The position numbers and the translations under genes were made by a program. From NCBI GenBank assembly GCA_002633005.1, contig NMRA01000261.1, positions 124,001 through 188,000 on the forward strand: a stretch of 64,000 bases of DNA, given 5' to 3'. Below, in pieces: positions 27,105 to 39,939 of this stretch; position 1 is the first letter of the stretch, and each line of letters starts with the position of its first letter. The notes under the pieces are model-generated. The model saw only the letters and a program-made list of their open reading frames with translations, was not told the DNA's origin and made no database searches. The DNA is from Phoronis australis. Lineage: Eukaryota > Animalia > Phoronida.

Positions 27105-27500
27105 TAATATGTACACTTGTTGGTCCAACAGTGTTATGAAGACAACTATTCACTTACACAAAACTATATTCGCTGGTCCGCCAGTGTCAAGAAGACAACT
27201 ATTCACTCGGACAACACTACACTTGCTGGTCCACCAGTACTATGAAGACGACTATTTACTCACACAACACTGTATTAGTTGGTCCAACAGTGTCAAGAAG
27301 ACAACTATTCACCAGGCGACAACACTACACTTGCTGGTCCATCAGTGTTATGAAAAAGACTGTAATTTACTCACACAACACTGTGTTGGTCCAACAGTGT
27401 CAATAAGACAACTATTCACTTGGACAACACTACACTTGCTGGTCCATCAGTGTTATGATGAAGTACATTCACTCAAACAACACTACACTTACAGGTCTGG
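27105..27500. repeat. Higher-order minisatellite (two alternating ~46-50-bp variants) spanning a splice donor
   Basis: ggtccaacagtgtcaagaagacaactattcac / acaacactacacttgctggtccatcagtgttatga, about 8 units. Confidence 0.88.
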
Positions 27501-27699
27501 ATTTTTGAGAACTCGAGTCTGTTTCAGAGGTCTTTTCTTCTGACACGGCTGTGGCATCCTCCTGATCTCCACTGGTTGACTTGATTGATTTGAAAGCCCT
27601 TTTCCACATTTTTCGAATACTATTTTGACTCCGTGACTTCATGAGGCTCTCTTGTCCATTGGCCACCTCACCATTCTGTTTTGGAGATAAAATCTCGAT
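27493..27699 (-). CDS. Exon IEILSPKQNGE...SIRKMWKRAFKSIKS...SSSQKSRP
   Basis: ttccatttacag acceptor, CCT|gtaagt donor, 207 nt, phase 0-0; the MWK.AFKS.K motif recalls invertebrate STAC-like proteins (from memory). Confidence 0.88.
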
Positions 27700-28989
27700 C
27701 TGTAAATGGAAATAATACACCAAGACTTCAGAAAGGATAGAGGTTTTCCATGATCTAGTTCTTCTTTCCAAGATTTGTATTGCCCAAAAATGTGCTAATT
27801 TTTGCTAATGACTAGCCATAATTGGAGGCACAAACTCATGACATGGTTTGCAAAATGAGCGTTTTTCGTTTATCTGAATTTTAAACAAGTTCAACTTTCA
27901 TGCCTCAGAGCATTATTTTGCCATTTTCTGTTTTCTTGAGTTGCCTCCATGAGCCACCAGCAACTTCATCACCCACACACTGAACATAAACACAGCTCTA
28001 CTTCATTCCCACACAAAACCAGTCCTAACATTAAAACCAGTTCAATGACAACCAAGAAAGTTGACCAACCATAAACGTGAAATCACAGTAAAGTTATTCT
28101 CACTGGAAGATGCTGCACTATAATGGTAAATTGCCAGTTAAGCTACACTTTATACCAACCCAAGAGTATGGAAAATATCAGCCGCTAATTAATTACACCT
28201 ACATTTAGTTGACCCAAAGCCTGGTTTACACAGTGGTGCCTTGCATGTAAAACCCAGCCTCTATCTCTACAGTGCTTAAGCCATTACACTTCTAGACAAA
28301 ATATACACAAATTGGTGGCCGGGGCTCCTTTGGGAGTTCTGCGTGCACTGACTATGCAGATTTTGCCTCAGCAGAAAACCAATATCAAATCACTAACGAC
28401 TGCTCATCTTTTAAATGATGAAAAGTAAGTCAACATGGCTATTACAACATTTCAACAGATTGAATAACTAGAACTGTAACATCACAAAATTAAACAACAA
28501 GAACTTGTTTGGCCTGTCTTCACTTCACTAATTAAAGTTATTTAGATAACTTGCAAGACATGCCAAGGTGGCAATTGACCACCTATGTCCCCTGAGGAGA
28601 GCTAATGCAAGCCAGGTGTTAAACCTTAAGAACCAGTCCGCAAATAACTTGCCTGAGGAAAGATAAATGCTGGCAACCTGAGTCCCTAGGTGGTTTTTAA
28701 AATATAGAAAACTAGTGCAGTGTAGGAAAAACTTTTTTATTTTATATTTACAAGGAACGGCACATTGCATGGCCGCAGTAACAAGTTGCTGAATTAATAA
28801 AACACAAGCACTAAAACTAGTCTACCAATAATTTCTACTCGAATTTATGTAAAACCATAGAAAAATTTGACAAACTACTGAACATCATATGTCAGAAACC
28901 GCTGATGGGATTCATACGAATCTTCAGATACTACGCTTTATACACTGTTCCACAATGCATTGTTAGGAACACTTCTGAGTTATAAAAAG

Positions 28990-29310
28990 AATATGAATTC
29001 TATGTTTTCCATGACAAAAATCAAAAGTTACATTAAAAGGAAACCAAACAATAATTTGGAAAAATTGCAACATTTTTTTGAGATTTCATCTTGAACATTG
29101 ATATCAAATTGCTTTAGGTCATGTTATACATACCGTTGTTTTGCTATCAACTTAACTTTCTTTTTTGCTGAATTTTACCAAAAAGAGAGTCAAGTAACCT
29201 AACTTTCATGAAAGATTGTTAAAAAGTCATTAATCCTAATCTGCAGGCTTTCTACTGTCAGAAAATAATACCTTAAGTGGGTTGAAGTCTACAGTTCTTA
29301 GATACTAGGC
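28990..29310 (+). repeat. Dispersed repeat family E (second copy ~48465..48745)
   Basis: ttttgagatttcatcttg and ct.caggcttt.tact.tca.aaaataa blocks shared in the same order. Confidence 0.65.
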
Positions 29311-29635
29311 TACATATTCAATAAGGTTCTACATAACCTTTTACTCTTTCGTCATAAGACATCAAAACCATGATAGAATTTGACAGAATCCAGTTTTGGA
29401 AGAAAGGCAATGCCTGCAGTCCCGGTTGCATATACCCACTTGTACAGTCAGATTTACCCCCCACCCCTGTCAAGCTCAGAGACTGGTTGAAATTTAAATT
29501 GAAGATGGATAATTACAATATCAAAAGACGTTTAACGACTCCATCTAAACTGAACAAATCTCAGCAACAAAGATGTAACAGTCATCAGCACAGGCAGCAG
29601 GTAGATATTATTAACGAAGAGAGATTCTCCCTTAC

Positions 29636-29686
29636 CTCATGTTTAACCTTTTTATCGCACTGTTTCTTCTTAATATCTGAAGTCAT
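29636..29686 (-). CDS. Candidate small exon MTSDIKKKQCDKKVKHE
   Basis: tttaatagcag (NAGNAG) acceptor, GAG|gtaagg donor, 51 nt, open only in phase 0. Confidence 0.55.
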
Positions 29687-30493
29687 CTGCTATTAAATAA
29701 GAAACACTTGAAGTAACAACTCATATCAAATCATTAGTCTACCACTGGCTTGGGGCAGTCTCTTGGTATATTTCTATATGGTAAGAGTCAGCCCTGAACT
29801 AGCTATAGGCTGAGGAATCCAGTGCTGACAGTAAGATGTGATCTCTCTGACACCACAATTATACCAGGTACACTTCATATGAATGTCAGACTCTCCGACC
29901 ATCTGATTTGCATCAGGTGAAATATAAGATGGCCTGGAGTTCTGTGTTAACTACCAGTAAAACAAGCCAGAACAGCAGAGCCAGAGATATGCACTAAATA
30001 GGTTAACATTTGGCCACTTAAAGAACCCTGAAGACTCAATTAAAACAGATTCAAAAGTACAGTCGTAAAGGAGAGCCAACTAGATTACAGATCAATGCTC
30101 ACCAAAAACCACTGCTGTTCTGAAACCAATTTGGGGGTGCAAGTCTGGCATCAACAAAATAATGAGTGGACAGACTTATTTTAACTATTATGTATCTCCT
30201 GAGACTAAAATCATAGTTCAAATTCTCATTATTATTAATTACTATCATTATGTTTAATATTCTTTTTTATTATTACTATCCATGTGCCGGTACTATTATT
30301 CTTGGGTCTTTATCTTTTTCATGTTATTATTATCATTTATATTATTATAATTATCATTATCATTATTGTTTCCGACCATGTTTAGAGAAAACTCCTAGAC
30401 TACTTAATCCTGGAGACATAAATTTTTGTACACACATTTGAACTGCGTATATTTTAGCAGTAGTTTTATTACCCGCAATACATCATGAACACA

Positions 30494-30777
30494 AACAAGA
30501 ACAACGCAGAGCAATGAGCTGCTCCTATGACTACAAAGCAAATGGTGTGATTCTAGGAGTGTTTAATAGTATCATAAAAATGACCACTAGATGGCGCAGT
30601 ATACATCAAACACATTCCAAAATGGGGCAGTGCAGTCGTCTCCCGAACAGAAAGCTATTTGCAAAATTCCATAAGATCAGTCACTGATTACAGAGGCAAA
30701 CCGGAAATATCGAGGCAAACCGGAGGTATCGAGGCAAACCGGAGGTATCGAGGCAAACCGGAGGTATCGAGGCAAAC
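30494..30777 (+). mobile_element. HINE-like element, copy 3, running into a 19-bp tandem repeat (gaggcaaaccggaggtatc) and the gap
   Basis: Same head as the copies at 2.5, 8.9 and 42 kb; about 4.5 copies of the 19-mer at 30693-30777. Confidence 0.7.
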
Positions 30778-31260
30778 NNNNNNNNNNNNNNNNNNNNNNN
30801 NNNNNNNNNNNNNNNNNNNNNNNNNNNNNNNNNNNNNNNNNNNNNNNNNNNNNNNNNNNNNNNNNNNNNNNNNNNNNNNNNNNNNNNNNNNNNNNNNNNN
30901 NNNNNNNNNNNNNNNNNNNNNNNNNNNNNNNNNNNNNNNNNNNNNNNNNNNNNNNNNNNNNNNNNNNNNNNNNNNNNNNNNNNNNNNNNNNNNNNNNNNN
31001 NNNNNNNNNNNNNNNNNNNNNNNNNNNNNNNNNNNNNNNNNNNNNNNNNNNNNNNNNNNNNNNNNNNNNNNNNNNNNNNNNNNNNNNNNNNNNNNNNNNN
31101 NNNNNNNNNNNNNNNNNNNNNNNNNNNNNNNNNNNNNNNNNNNNNNNNNNNNNNNNNNNNNNNNNNNNNNNNNNNNNNNNNNNNNNNNNNNNNNNNNNNN
31201 NNNNNNNNNNNNNNNNNNNNNNNNNNNNNNNNNNNNNNNNNNNNNNNNNNNNNNNNNNNN
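30778..31260. other. Assembly gap (483 N), followed by a (GAT)n microsatellite
   Basis: Run of N flanked by tandem repeats on both sides. Confidence 0.99.
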
Positions 31261-32309
31261 GGTGATGATGATGATGATGATGATGATGATGGTGGTGGCA
31301 TTGATGAACATGATAACATTCATATGACGAACAAAGATGTCAGAAATGAGTAGGGTAAACCAACAAAAAAAGTTAAGCAAAATCAGTCAAAAAAGGAACA
31401 GTGTTATAAGAAAATCTTGAATAATTCAAAAAGCAGACTTTCTAGCGAAAAATGGAAAATATCTTTTGAAAGCCTGTTCAAAACTCTATCTAAAAAGGTA
31501 GTTTCACAAAATACCGTAAAATTTTCGAATATTTTCAAATTTTGCATTTTTTTGAAGTTGAAAGTCACATAACGGTAACTCAAAAACGTTAAGCCTGAGA
31601 AAATGATTGTACAGGTCATTTGAAAGAGTATACCTCAGAGAATTCACATGCAAAAGTTCACGTCATTTTTTCTTCCCGTTTAAAGTGGCACTCCAGCATG
31701 ATTATCCGTCATCGTGAAAGCAACTTCTGGTTGAGCAGCACTCGATATTATTTAGTTACAGGAAACTAACACATGAAAAAGTTCAAAGCAATTGGTCATA
31801 CAATGCGCCCTCCACAGGACAAAACATTTTTGTTCCGATATCGTGGTGCACAGAATCATGCACAATGGCCGATATTTCCGCCATCTTTGACCGGAAGTAA
31901 ATGATTTCTGGCACATTTGTAGAACACGTCTGGTACAATAATAGGAACAATTTTCAGCCATGTATGTCGAAAATTGCAGGCTCTATGATCATTTGAAACA
32001 GAATTCGAAAACAAAATGGCCACCATGTCTACCATTTTGAATCTGATCATGACCAAAAACTATGGGCTTGACCAGCTCTTTTGAAGATACAGGCAAATTT
32101 TGAGTAAATCGAATGAAAAATCCAACCAATAGAGTGCGAACAAACAAGGAAAAACTTAGTGTCAGAGCAATATACTTGGCGAAATCCTGGGGAGGCCAGG
32201 ATTTTGCCCGTCAGACGTTCACATCCCCAAACTGCCAAACGGAATCTGAGAGAACTTTATGGGGGCCATGACCCACTTGGCCCCCCCCCCCTAAATCTGC
32301 CACTGCTAA

Positions 32310-32740
32310 TGACACTTGTCTTACTGCAAATCCAACTGTTGCTTGGTGGTTTGGTAAATGGCCCAATTATGTTGCATGACCAATCAGAATTAATGAGGAA
32401 CGTGATATGGCAACATTAACGTATTAGGTTGTAAAAGTGACATATCTTGTCAAAAAATCATTTGTACGTTTCAGGAACTATTCAAATATGCTATTTAAAA
32501 ACTTTCAAAACGAAAATTAAAAAATACTACTGTTACCCCCAGTGTGTTCAAAATGGATCTGATTATCTAGAGAACCATAACATCGGCAGCCTGAGGCAAT
32601 GTAATTAACTGCAACAACACGATGTCTTTGATGAATGCCAGCAGATTTCGAGGTACACAAACTGGTGGAGTTGCCCAATCTCCACCAGCGAGGGTGTCAA
32701 CATAGGATTCTTTTCATGTTAATTTTCTGACATGTAAAAA
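32310..32740 (+). repeat. Dispersed repeat family C, copy 2
   Basis: aatccaactgttgcttggtggtttggtaaatggcccaattatgttgca is the near-exact reverse complement of 36846-36894; its 3' part matches 5700-5910. Confidence 0.8.
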
Positions 32741-33411
32741 TCATTATGCTAAAACCTAGAGCCTTAAAATAGACACATAATGGTAACTCTGCTATAGAGC
32801 AAAGGCAATACACTGGGTGCACAAACTGTCCGTGGATGTACGGAGAAAGCTCTGACCTGCAGACAAACCAAATAAGCTTTTCCAAGTCCTATTGAACCAA
32901 AAGGTTCAAAGACACTGTTTAGATAGGCTTGCTATTAGGCACGGGATCCAGGTTATTAGTGGACACTGCAACTTAGCTCGGCACTGGCAGCACAACATCA
33001 CAAGCCACATGGCATGTTCATTTTGTACCAACTTTGGCTTGGAGGCCGAGACTCCTCAACATATGGTAGAGATTTCCCCTGCCTACAATAGACATGGCAA
33101 TCTACTACTTGATGGACATACCGGTATATACCCACCTGGTTAACATTGTTAGTTCATACAGGTTTAATAGTCAGTCTGTCTTTCTGAAGGAATCCGATGA
33201 TGTCATTGTCGTGTCCCCATGAGTCATAATCAGATGATTAGTGTGATGCCCCCCCCCCCCACCTTGTGGCCAAAACATCCCTACTGTACTGTAAAAGGCA
33301 TCATGCCACCTGCACTCTCAGTGTATAGAAATGTGATTATCTATGAAACTTGAGTTTCCTGAGCATTCTGAGGTGAAAACATATTTCAAAATGAGAAACA
33401 AAATCCAATAA

Positions 33412-33967
33412 ATAAAATATTTTCCCTACTACACTTTCAGGATTCCCACCCTATTACGGCGGCATCATCCCGTTGCTCCCAACTTGTTTGATTCCACAGC
33501 CCAACAACAAGTTGGGAAGATCAACCCTGTAGCCAATATCTTACACAACTGATTAACTCCATTCTGGCATTGATGGTTGAACAGCCAGCTCTCTTTTGTT
33601 CAATAATTGCTCTAATCTCTGATCAGATCATATCTAGCCTGAATGGACTGTGCTGCTATAAATGAAAGTTAAGTTACAACATATTTGANAATAAAACATT
33701 TTCCCTACTACACTTTCTGGATTCCCACCCTATTACGGCGGCATCATCCCGTTGCTCCCAACTTGTTTGATTCCACAGCCCAACAACAAGTTGGGAAGAT
33801 CAACCCTGTAGCCAATATCTTACACAACTGATTAACTCCATTCTGGCATTGATGGTTGAACAGCCAGCTCTCTTTTGTTCAATAATTGCTCTAATCTCTG
33901 ATCAGATCATATCTAGCCTGAATGGACTGTGCTGCTATAAATGAAAGTTAAGTTACAACATATTTGA
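33412..33967. repeat. Near-perfect ~278-bp direct duplication separated by a single N (probable contig-overlap artefact)
   Basis: 33412-33688 vs 33691-33967 differ at only two visible positions; n at 33689. Confidence 0.9.
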
Positions 33968-35784
33968 ACATAAACCCATAACATTTCTGAATTCCTTGTC
34001 AAATGCTGATCATGTTTAGTTTTGAATCACCAAAATTGCCCAACTACAACAGAAGTTAAGATATTCCATTCTGCCAGGTTTCAGTAACCCTTTGAAACCT
34101 GGGAGATAACTGGTCTGCTTGTTGTCATACTAGACAGTTAACAAAGCAGCCAGATGTTATTGCACATTCTGGAAAAGTTGCTGAAGGACAGAATGCTGTC
34201 ATGCAAACTGAACAGCAAGAGCCTGGGAATCACTACTTCACCAACTACAGTCAAAGGCAAAGGGGTTTATTGTGTTCAAGGATTCGGTAAACCGCACAAA
34301 CAAACACTAATGTAGAAATGTAGTTTCCTTTGAAAATTCTCTGGGCATTTTTAGGAAACAAAAGTGGATTTTCAAATTAAAACTTTATTCTAGCTCTTAC
34401 AAAAGCTAACATTTCCAGGTTTTTAAAACACAAACACAATGTATCTATGCAGCACATTTCATATCAATTGTTATTGTGGGTTATGATTAGAGTTAACATT
34501 ATTGTTAGTGCTATTAAAGATATCATTGGATTACTATTTTCAATTTTATAATTATTGGACTTGTTTTCATTTGTATCAGAATTATTAGGGTACTGTTATA
34601 ATCAAAAATATTTTACTTTCAATAATTTTCATTATTTCAACTTCAGATGGTAAGCTTGGTAATAATTGCCTGCACTGTTTCTATGACAACTCAGTCCAAT
34701 ATCATTCTTGATGAGGAGTGAGGCTGGCAGTGGAGGCTACCAGGCAATGTTTATTAGGTTAACTGACTAGTATATTGTGTTAATGTTTCCAACACAAGGG
34801 ACATGGTAAAAGGTTATCCAGGTCTATGAACTGTGACCCGTTAACCTCAACTGACCACTTCACAGGAGAGTTTGTTTATGCATAAAGCATCACTTGAACC
34901 TTCTAAAATACCAGAGGGATTCCATGACTTACTGCTGGTGGTGACCTTAACTGAAACATCAGCGACATTCTAATGTTATCACTGGCACAAGGCGACTGGA
35001 GTTGGAATGGGTAGTCACGGACTGCGGACTGCGTTTAGAAGTAATTATGACATTCATAACTCTCCTGTTCAGTGGAAGAACAAAAACATCTTGCATGATT
35101 GACCTAGTTTTGGAAATGCAGACTCGCAAAACATACTTCTGAGTCGTCTGACAAGTGAAGATAATGTCAGGCCTCACTCTCACTTTGCTTTTTTCAAATA
35201 GCTGCACTGCAACTCACTGTGTAAAAGTGAAACTTTAGTGGCACACGAATGAGAAATGATAAACTAATCTCACTGAAACTAGTAATTAGCACAACAGCCA
35301 GAATAAGTGTGGGACAACTGAACAATCATCACAGTTAGTAAATATTGAAGAAACAGGGGGCACTGTCCTATTCCAGGGAAAACTGATATACACATGGTGT
35401 GGCAAAAGTTGAGCCGTAGGTCAACTGTGAAGTTATTTTAAGACATGAACCTGAACCCAACTGCAATTAAACCCTAGCTTTGATGTTGTTAAATTAAGCA
35501 CTTGAAGACCAGCCAAAATGCATGCAATAATTACTGTAGGGCCGTGACATGTACTGGAATTAACTGGTTATTAGTCACTCAAACAACAAACAGTCAGTAA
35601 CAGCAATTTTACACCTATCTTAAACACATTTAACTGCACAAAATTGACACAGAACCCAATGAGAAGACTTTGACTAATACATCCATGTGGATGGTGAGGT
35701 GGTCAGGATTTATGCAGGAATGTTTAAGTGGTGGGAGACAATTATAAACAATTTGGCCAAATGTACTGTAGATTGCAATATGGA

Positions 35785-35870
35785 ATTATTTATTTATTTA
35801 TTTATTGTAATATCTAAAATGAGGGTGGCCTCTTCAATGATATCACTGCTTTCCAAGAACGCCCTCAATA
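35785..35870 (-). mobile_element. Probable SINE/LINE 3' tail fragment
   Basis: Minus strand gagggcgttcttggaaagcagtgatatcattgaagaggccaccctc stem-loop followed by (AAAT)n. Confidence 0.45.
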
Positions 35871-36544
35871 TTGATAAGTTCTGGCCTGCCTGCAAGAGAG
35901 CTGAGTGAGTACGAGTGAGTGTTGCTGGTACATAACAGAACCACTTATCATTGGAAGATATTGCCAGATTCGTTACTGGCATAGAAAAAAATCACTTAAG
36001 AATGGTCTTTAAACAAAAAAGTCCATCTACAACTAGTAATCTTCTTACTAGAGACATCAGTTCGGCTCGACTTCATCATTCAGGTAAGCCAATCTTGTTT
36101 TGATTACTTCGGCAGATTGCAGAAGACATGTGTTTTGCTTGTATGATCAAAACAAAAATAAGGAAATAAGAAAAAATTGTCATGTTCACATATTTTACCA
36201 ATACTTCAACTGAAATTTTTTGTTTATGACCCAATGAAAGCATGGGTGATTAGATAAAGCCACATGCCGATTTTGTCCACAGTGGATTATGTAAGATAAT
36301 TAGAGATAAGTTAACCTGGCGTGCATTCAGTAATCCTAGGACCTAGCTAAAATCTAATCAAAGTCACATGTTCTTATTCAAAATGCTCAGCAATATCTCA
36401 TGCAATCCTGTGAAGTCTTGCTTTTTAGCGACGTCCTATCGTTACTGAACGGAAGGCAGGTATTACAGATTTCGCTCACATGAACATCCGTAATTATGGA
36501 ATAGCCACAAAATTTACATGAAAAGAATCCTACATTGACACGCT

Positions 36545-36915
36545 AACCAGTTGAGATTGGGGAACTTGACTGGTTTGCACACCTTAGAATCTGCCAGTTT
36601 AGATCAAAGACACAATGCTGTTATGGTACATTAAATTGCCTATGGCTATACTGATGTTATTGTTATCTAGATGAGATCCACCATAAACACATTGGCGATG
36701 ACAATAGTATTTATAAATTTTTAACATGAAAGTTTGTGAATACCATATTTGAATAGTTCATGAAGAGCTCATGTGATTTTTTTGAATTTTGGAAATTGTT
36801 TGTTTAATGTTGCAATAATATGTTCCTCATTAATTCTGTTGGGCGTGCAACATAATTGGGCCATTTACCAAACCACCAGGCAACAGTTGGATTTTGAGGA
36901 ACAGTCAAGTGTAAT
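36545..36915 (-). repeat. Dispersed repeat family C, copy 3 (inverted)
   Basis: Reverse complement of 32310-32690. Confidence 0.8.
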
Positions 36916-38789
36916 CGTACAATTCTTGGCATTTAAAGCACTATAGATATGTGAGACCTATTAACTGAACACAACTTCAACCATTTTATCAGGATTATTC
37001 ACTTTAAAATATTGATCATGATTGCATGAATAAATGCATTTTAAAGTGCTTCATTTATTTTGCACCGTGAACAATATAACCGAAGCCAGGTGTTCAAGAT
37101 TACCTCAAACCTTATTTAGTGGCCTCCATTCTAACTCGTAAATCAAAAAACCAGGCTTTGTCAACTAGTATAAGTACATATTTTCTGAAAAAAAAGATAG
37201 GGGAATATAAAAAATGTTTTGTATTTATACGCCGTTATCATTATTATTGCGCTAAAACCTTTCTTAAGACAAATTTTTATATTTAAGAAAGATACATTCA
37301 TACCAAAATAACACCTTGGTTGACTTCAATGAAACTTTTTAAATGAAAACTTCCCCAGTTGTCTCAAAGACTGTTGGGAATTTTCGAGTATTCTTTTAGT
37401 TTGGTTTCTGTGACAAATCAAGTCGTAAAACGTAAGGTATTTTTGTAAAAAATAACAGTTGTATGCATCTTTGTTACATAACGCAAAAACTAGGCCTCAT
37501 TATACTGAAAATCCTAAAAGCATTTTTGAGACCGATGAATAAATATTAAGTTTGGAAAGTTTTGAGCCAAATCCAAAAAGCCGTTTTTGAGAACTCATGT
37601 TCCTAAGTTCAACTTCAGTCGATTTGACGATGCCGAGAGAGAGTCAATTTAGTTGGAAAACCTGAAAATCTCAAGGTCTTCGGTTAAATATTCGATGAAA
37701 ACTTTGTTGTTTTCGGTCAATATAACTTATACATGCCTTAACCATATTCGCTATTTCAACATTGACTTGCAATGTCAACTGAATTTGCATATAGTGCGTA
37801 ATTAACTTAGGTATTGGTAGAATGTTTTAACTTAGTGATTGTCTCAAGCCAAGGCAGAGTAAACTGTCAACCTACTTAAAAGTAGGTCAACACGTCATTC
37901 CTATATGCACCACGTGGCGGGAGACTGATTTGAAACCAAGTACCGAATGAACAACAGAAATTGAGTCGATGGTTAAAGCGCATCATGAGCATGAGATCAA
38001 AGCAGCGAAATACCAAATTAACTATGAAATCAATAAATTTGGGTGAGAATTTTTGAATTTTCGCAACTTGCTCTGTATGTGAACATGAAGTCAGAGGCAT
38101 GAGACGACTAAGCATTCGTTATTAATGGTCGCATGCATGCAGACGCATCTTTCTATCACATATACATCTTGCTGACTCATTACTATGGCAACTCGGTGAA
38201 TAAAAGGATATAGGGAGCTGCTCTATGCCTGGAGGGAGATTCAATTTGAGTGACAGCCCTGTAACTTTCGACCTTGGATAAGTTGTAGTAAGGAAATTTC
38301 CATGTGGTTGTGCTGTTCCAAGGTGTTTCTGCTAAATCGTTTTTTTTTTTGCTACATGGTATATATTTAGTATTTGAAGTTACCCGAGAATGACGTAAGG
38401 TATTTTGCGATACACGTGAAATATTGTATAAGGACAAATTTTTGTGACCAAGGTTTGAGAAATAAACGGTTTCAATGCACTAACAGGAGGAATATCCAAA
38501 ATACCAGAAATAATACTATTAAAATTCCGGGTGCATTTTTTGTTTAAACAATGTTTAACAAAGTCATGTTTTTATGCTAGTAACGAGTCTGACAACATCT
38601 TTCAATGACAAGAGATGGTTGTGTAGGTTACCGGAAATACTCACAAATCAGGCTAAATCTTAACAATATTGGGGTTTGCAAATTGTGGTGTGCACACCAA
38701 CATTTCTGTATAGATTCTTACCACAAGCCATTGGCACCGATAGTGAAGTAAGCCTCTCACGGGAGTTCACTGCCAATGTATTGCAGCTA

Positions 38790-39650
38790 CTAGGACTCAT
38801 ACTGGGTGACTATTTCACCTGAGGTCATATTACAGTCAGTCTCACATAGATGACTAGTTTACCCGGGGTCATGTCACAGCCAGACCCATGCCAATGACTG
38901 CTTGGTTGACCAGAGCTAGGTGGCAAGTTTCGACTACAATCACAAAACAGCTAGCTTGTGTTGGTGTCCAATTTAGCTGAAGTTATATCACAGCTAATTG
39001 ATGACTTAAGTTTACCTGAGGTCATATTGCAAGCAGTCTCATGTTAGATGATTACTTGATTTGAGTCATATTAGAACAAGACTCACAGTTGTTTGACTAG
39101 TAGTTAACTTCGATTGTCATAATAAAGCAAGACTCCCATATGTGACTAGTTTACCTGAAGTCATATTATAGTCAGACTCTCATGTGTGACTAGTTTACCT
39201 GAAGTCATATTATAGTCAGACTATCATGTGTGACTAATTTACCTGAAGTCATAACGCGAAATGTTCGTGCTAGAATCTCAGGGGTTACAGGGACTATAAA
39301 CTTGATGCACTTTTATCAGCAATTTCAATAGTTATTACCCATTCAGACTGTAGGGGCAATAAACATGGTAATAACGCCAGGTGTGGCAATGGAACTTAAT
39401 GTCATAAGGTAGTGTGTATAGGTATGAAATAGCATGTTACCCGGCTAAACAAAGTTTTGTGGTTTTCTCAGGAATTTCTAACAACCCAAAAATGAGGAGA
39501 GGTTTTTGGGGTCGGTCTATCACGACCAAAACGCGTTATGGTCATTTAACAGCCAGACTCCTACACGTGACTAGGTTACCCGAGGTCTAATTACCGTCAC
39601 TTGGTGTATAGTTTACCTGAGGTCGTATTGCAGCCAATCTCATGTTGGCT
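38790..39650. repeat. Degenerate ~44-bp minisatellite (gactagtttacctgaagtcatattatagtcagactctcatgtgt) interrupted by a MITE
   Basis: Near-identical units at 39140-39250, more diverged units on either side. Confidence 0.85.
39250..39540 (-). mobile_element. 291-bp MITE with CA...TG ends and 2-bp GT TSD (CACTA/EnSpm-like)
   Basis: TIRs cataacgcg / cgcgttatg; flanks aa[gt]...[gt]cat restore the host repeat unit. Confidence 0.75.
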
Positions 39651-39777
39651 ATTCTAGCTTCATTCCTTTTCAAGCACAGTTCCTGTTGAGTCTCGTACAC
39701 TTTGGAATATAGTCTGTTGGCAAGATTTCTGAAACAAGACCAACAAGGCACGATTGTACACTCAGGTAGATACTTAC

Positions 39778-39939
39778 TGCTTTGGTGTCACTACTCCTTC
39801 GTTTGCTCTTCAAACGATCACCTGACTGTTGTTGCATTATAGTGTTGAGGTAACCACGCGTCTGTTGTACTCTGTCTGGGCACAGCACTAGACCTGCTGA
39901 CAGTACCACCTCGTGACGACTTCTAGTCAGTCGACCCAT
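39778..39939 (-). CDS. Candidate alternative (first?) coding exon MGRLTRSRHEVVLSAG...KSKRRSSDTKA
   Basis: 54 open codons from an ATG to a consensus GCA|gtaagt donor (phase 0), compatible with the downstream phase-0 exons; upstream acceptor is weak. Confidence 0.45.

Noticed and set aside
27082-27543. 153-aa plus-strand ORF and possible repeat-spacer array
   Set aside because: It is the translation of a minisatellite antisense to a real exon; the 'spacers' are themselves repeat variants.
30659-31380. Three ORFs over 200 aa in the ORF track
   Set aside because: Artefacts of translating through 483 N plus flanking tandem repeats.
18962-36060. Other ATG-plus-GTAAG micro first-exon candidates (M| at 18962, MELISC| at ~33505/33783, MSL| at ~36049)
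   Set aside because: Too short to distinguish from chance donor-like pentamers.
37000-38640. Probable further dispersed repeat or transposon (CpG-richer block)
   Set aside because: No TIR, TSD or second copy could be delimited in this window.
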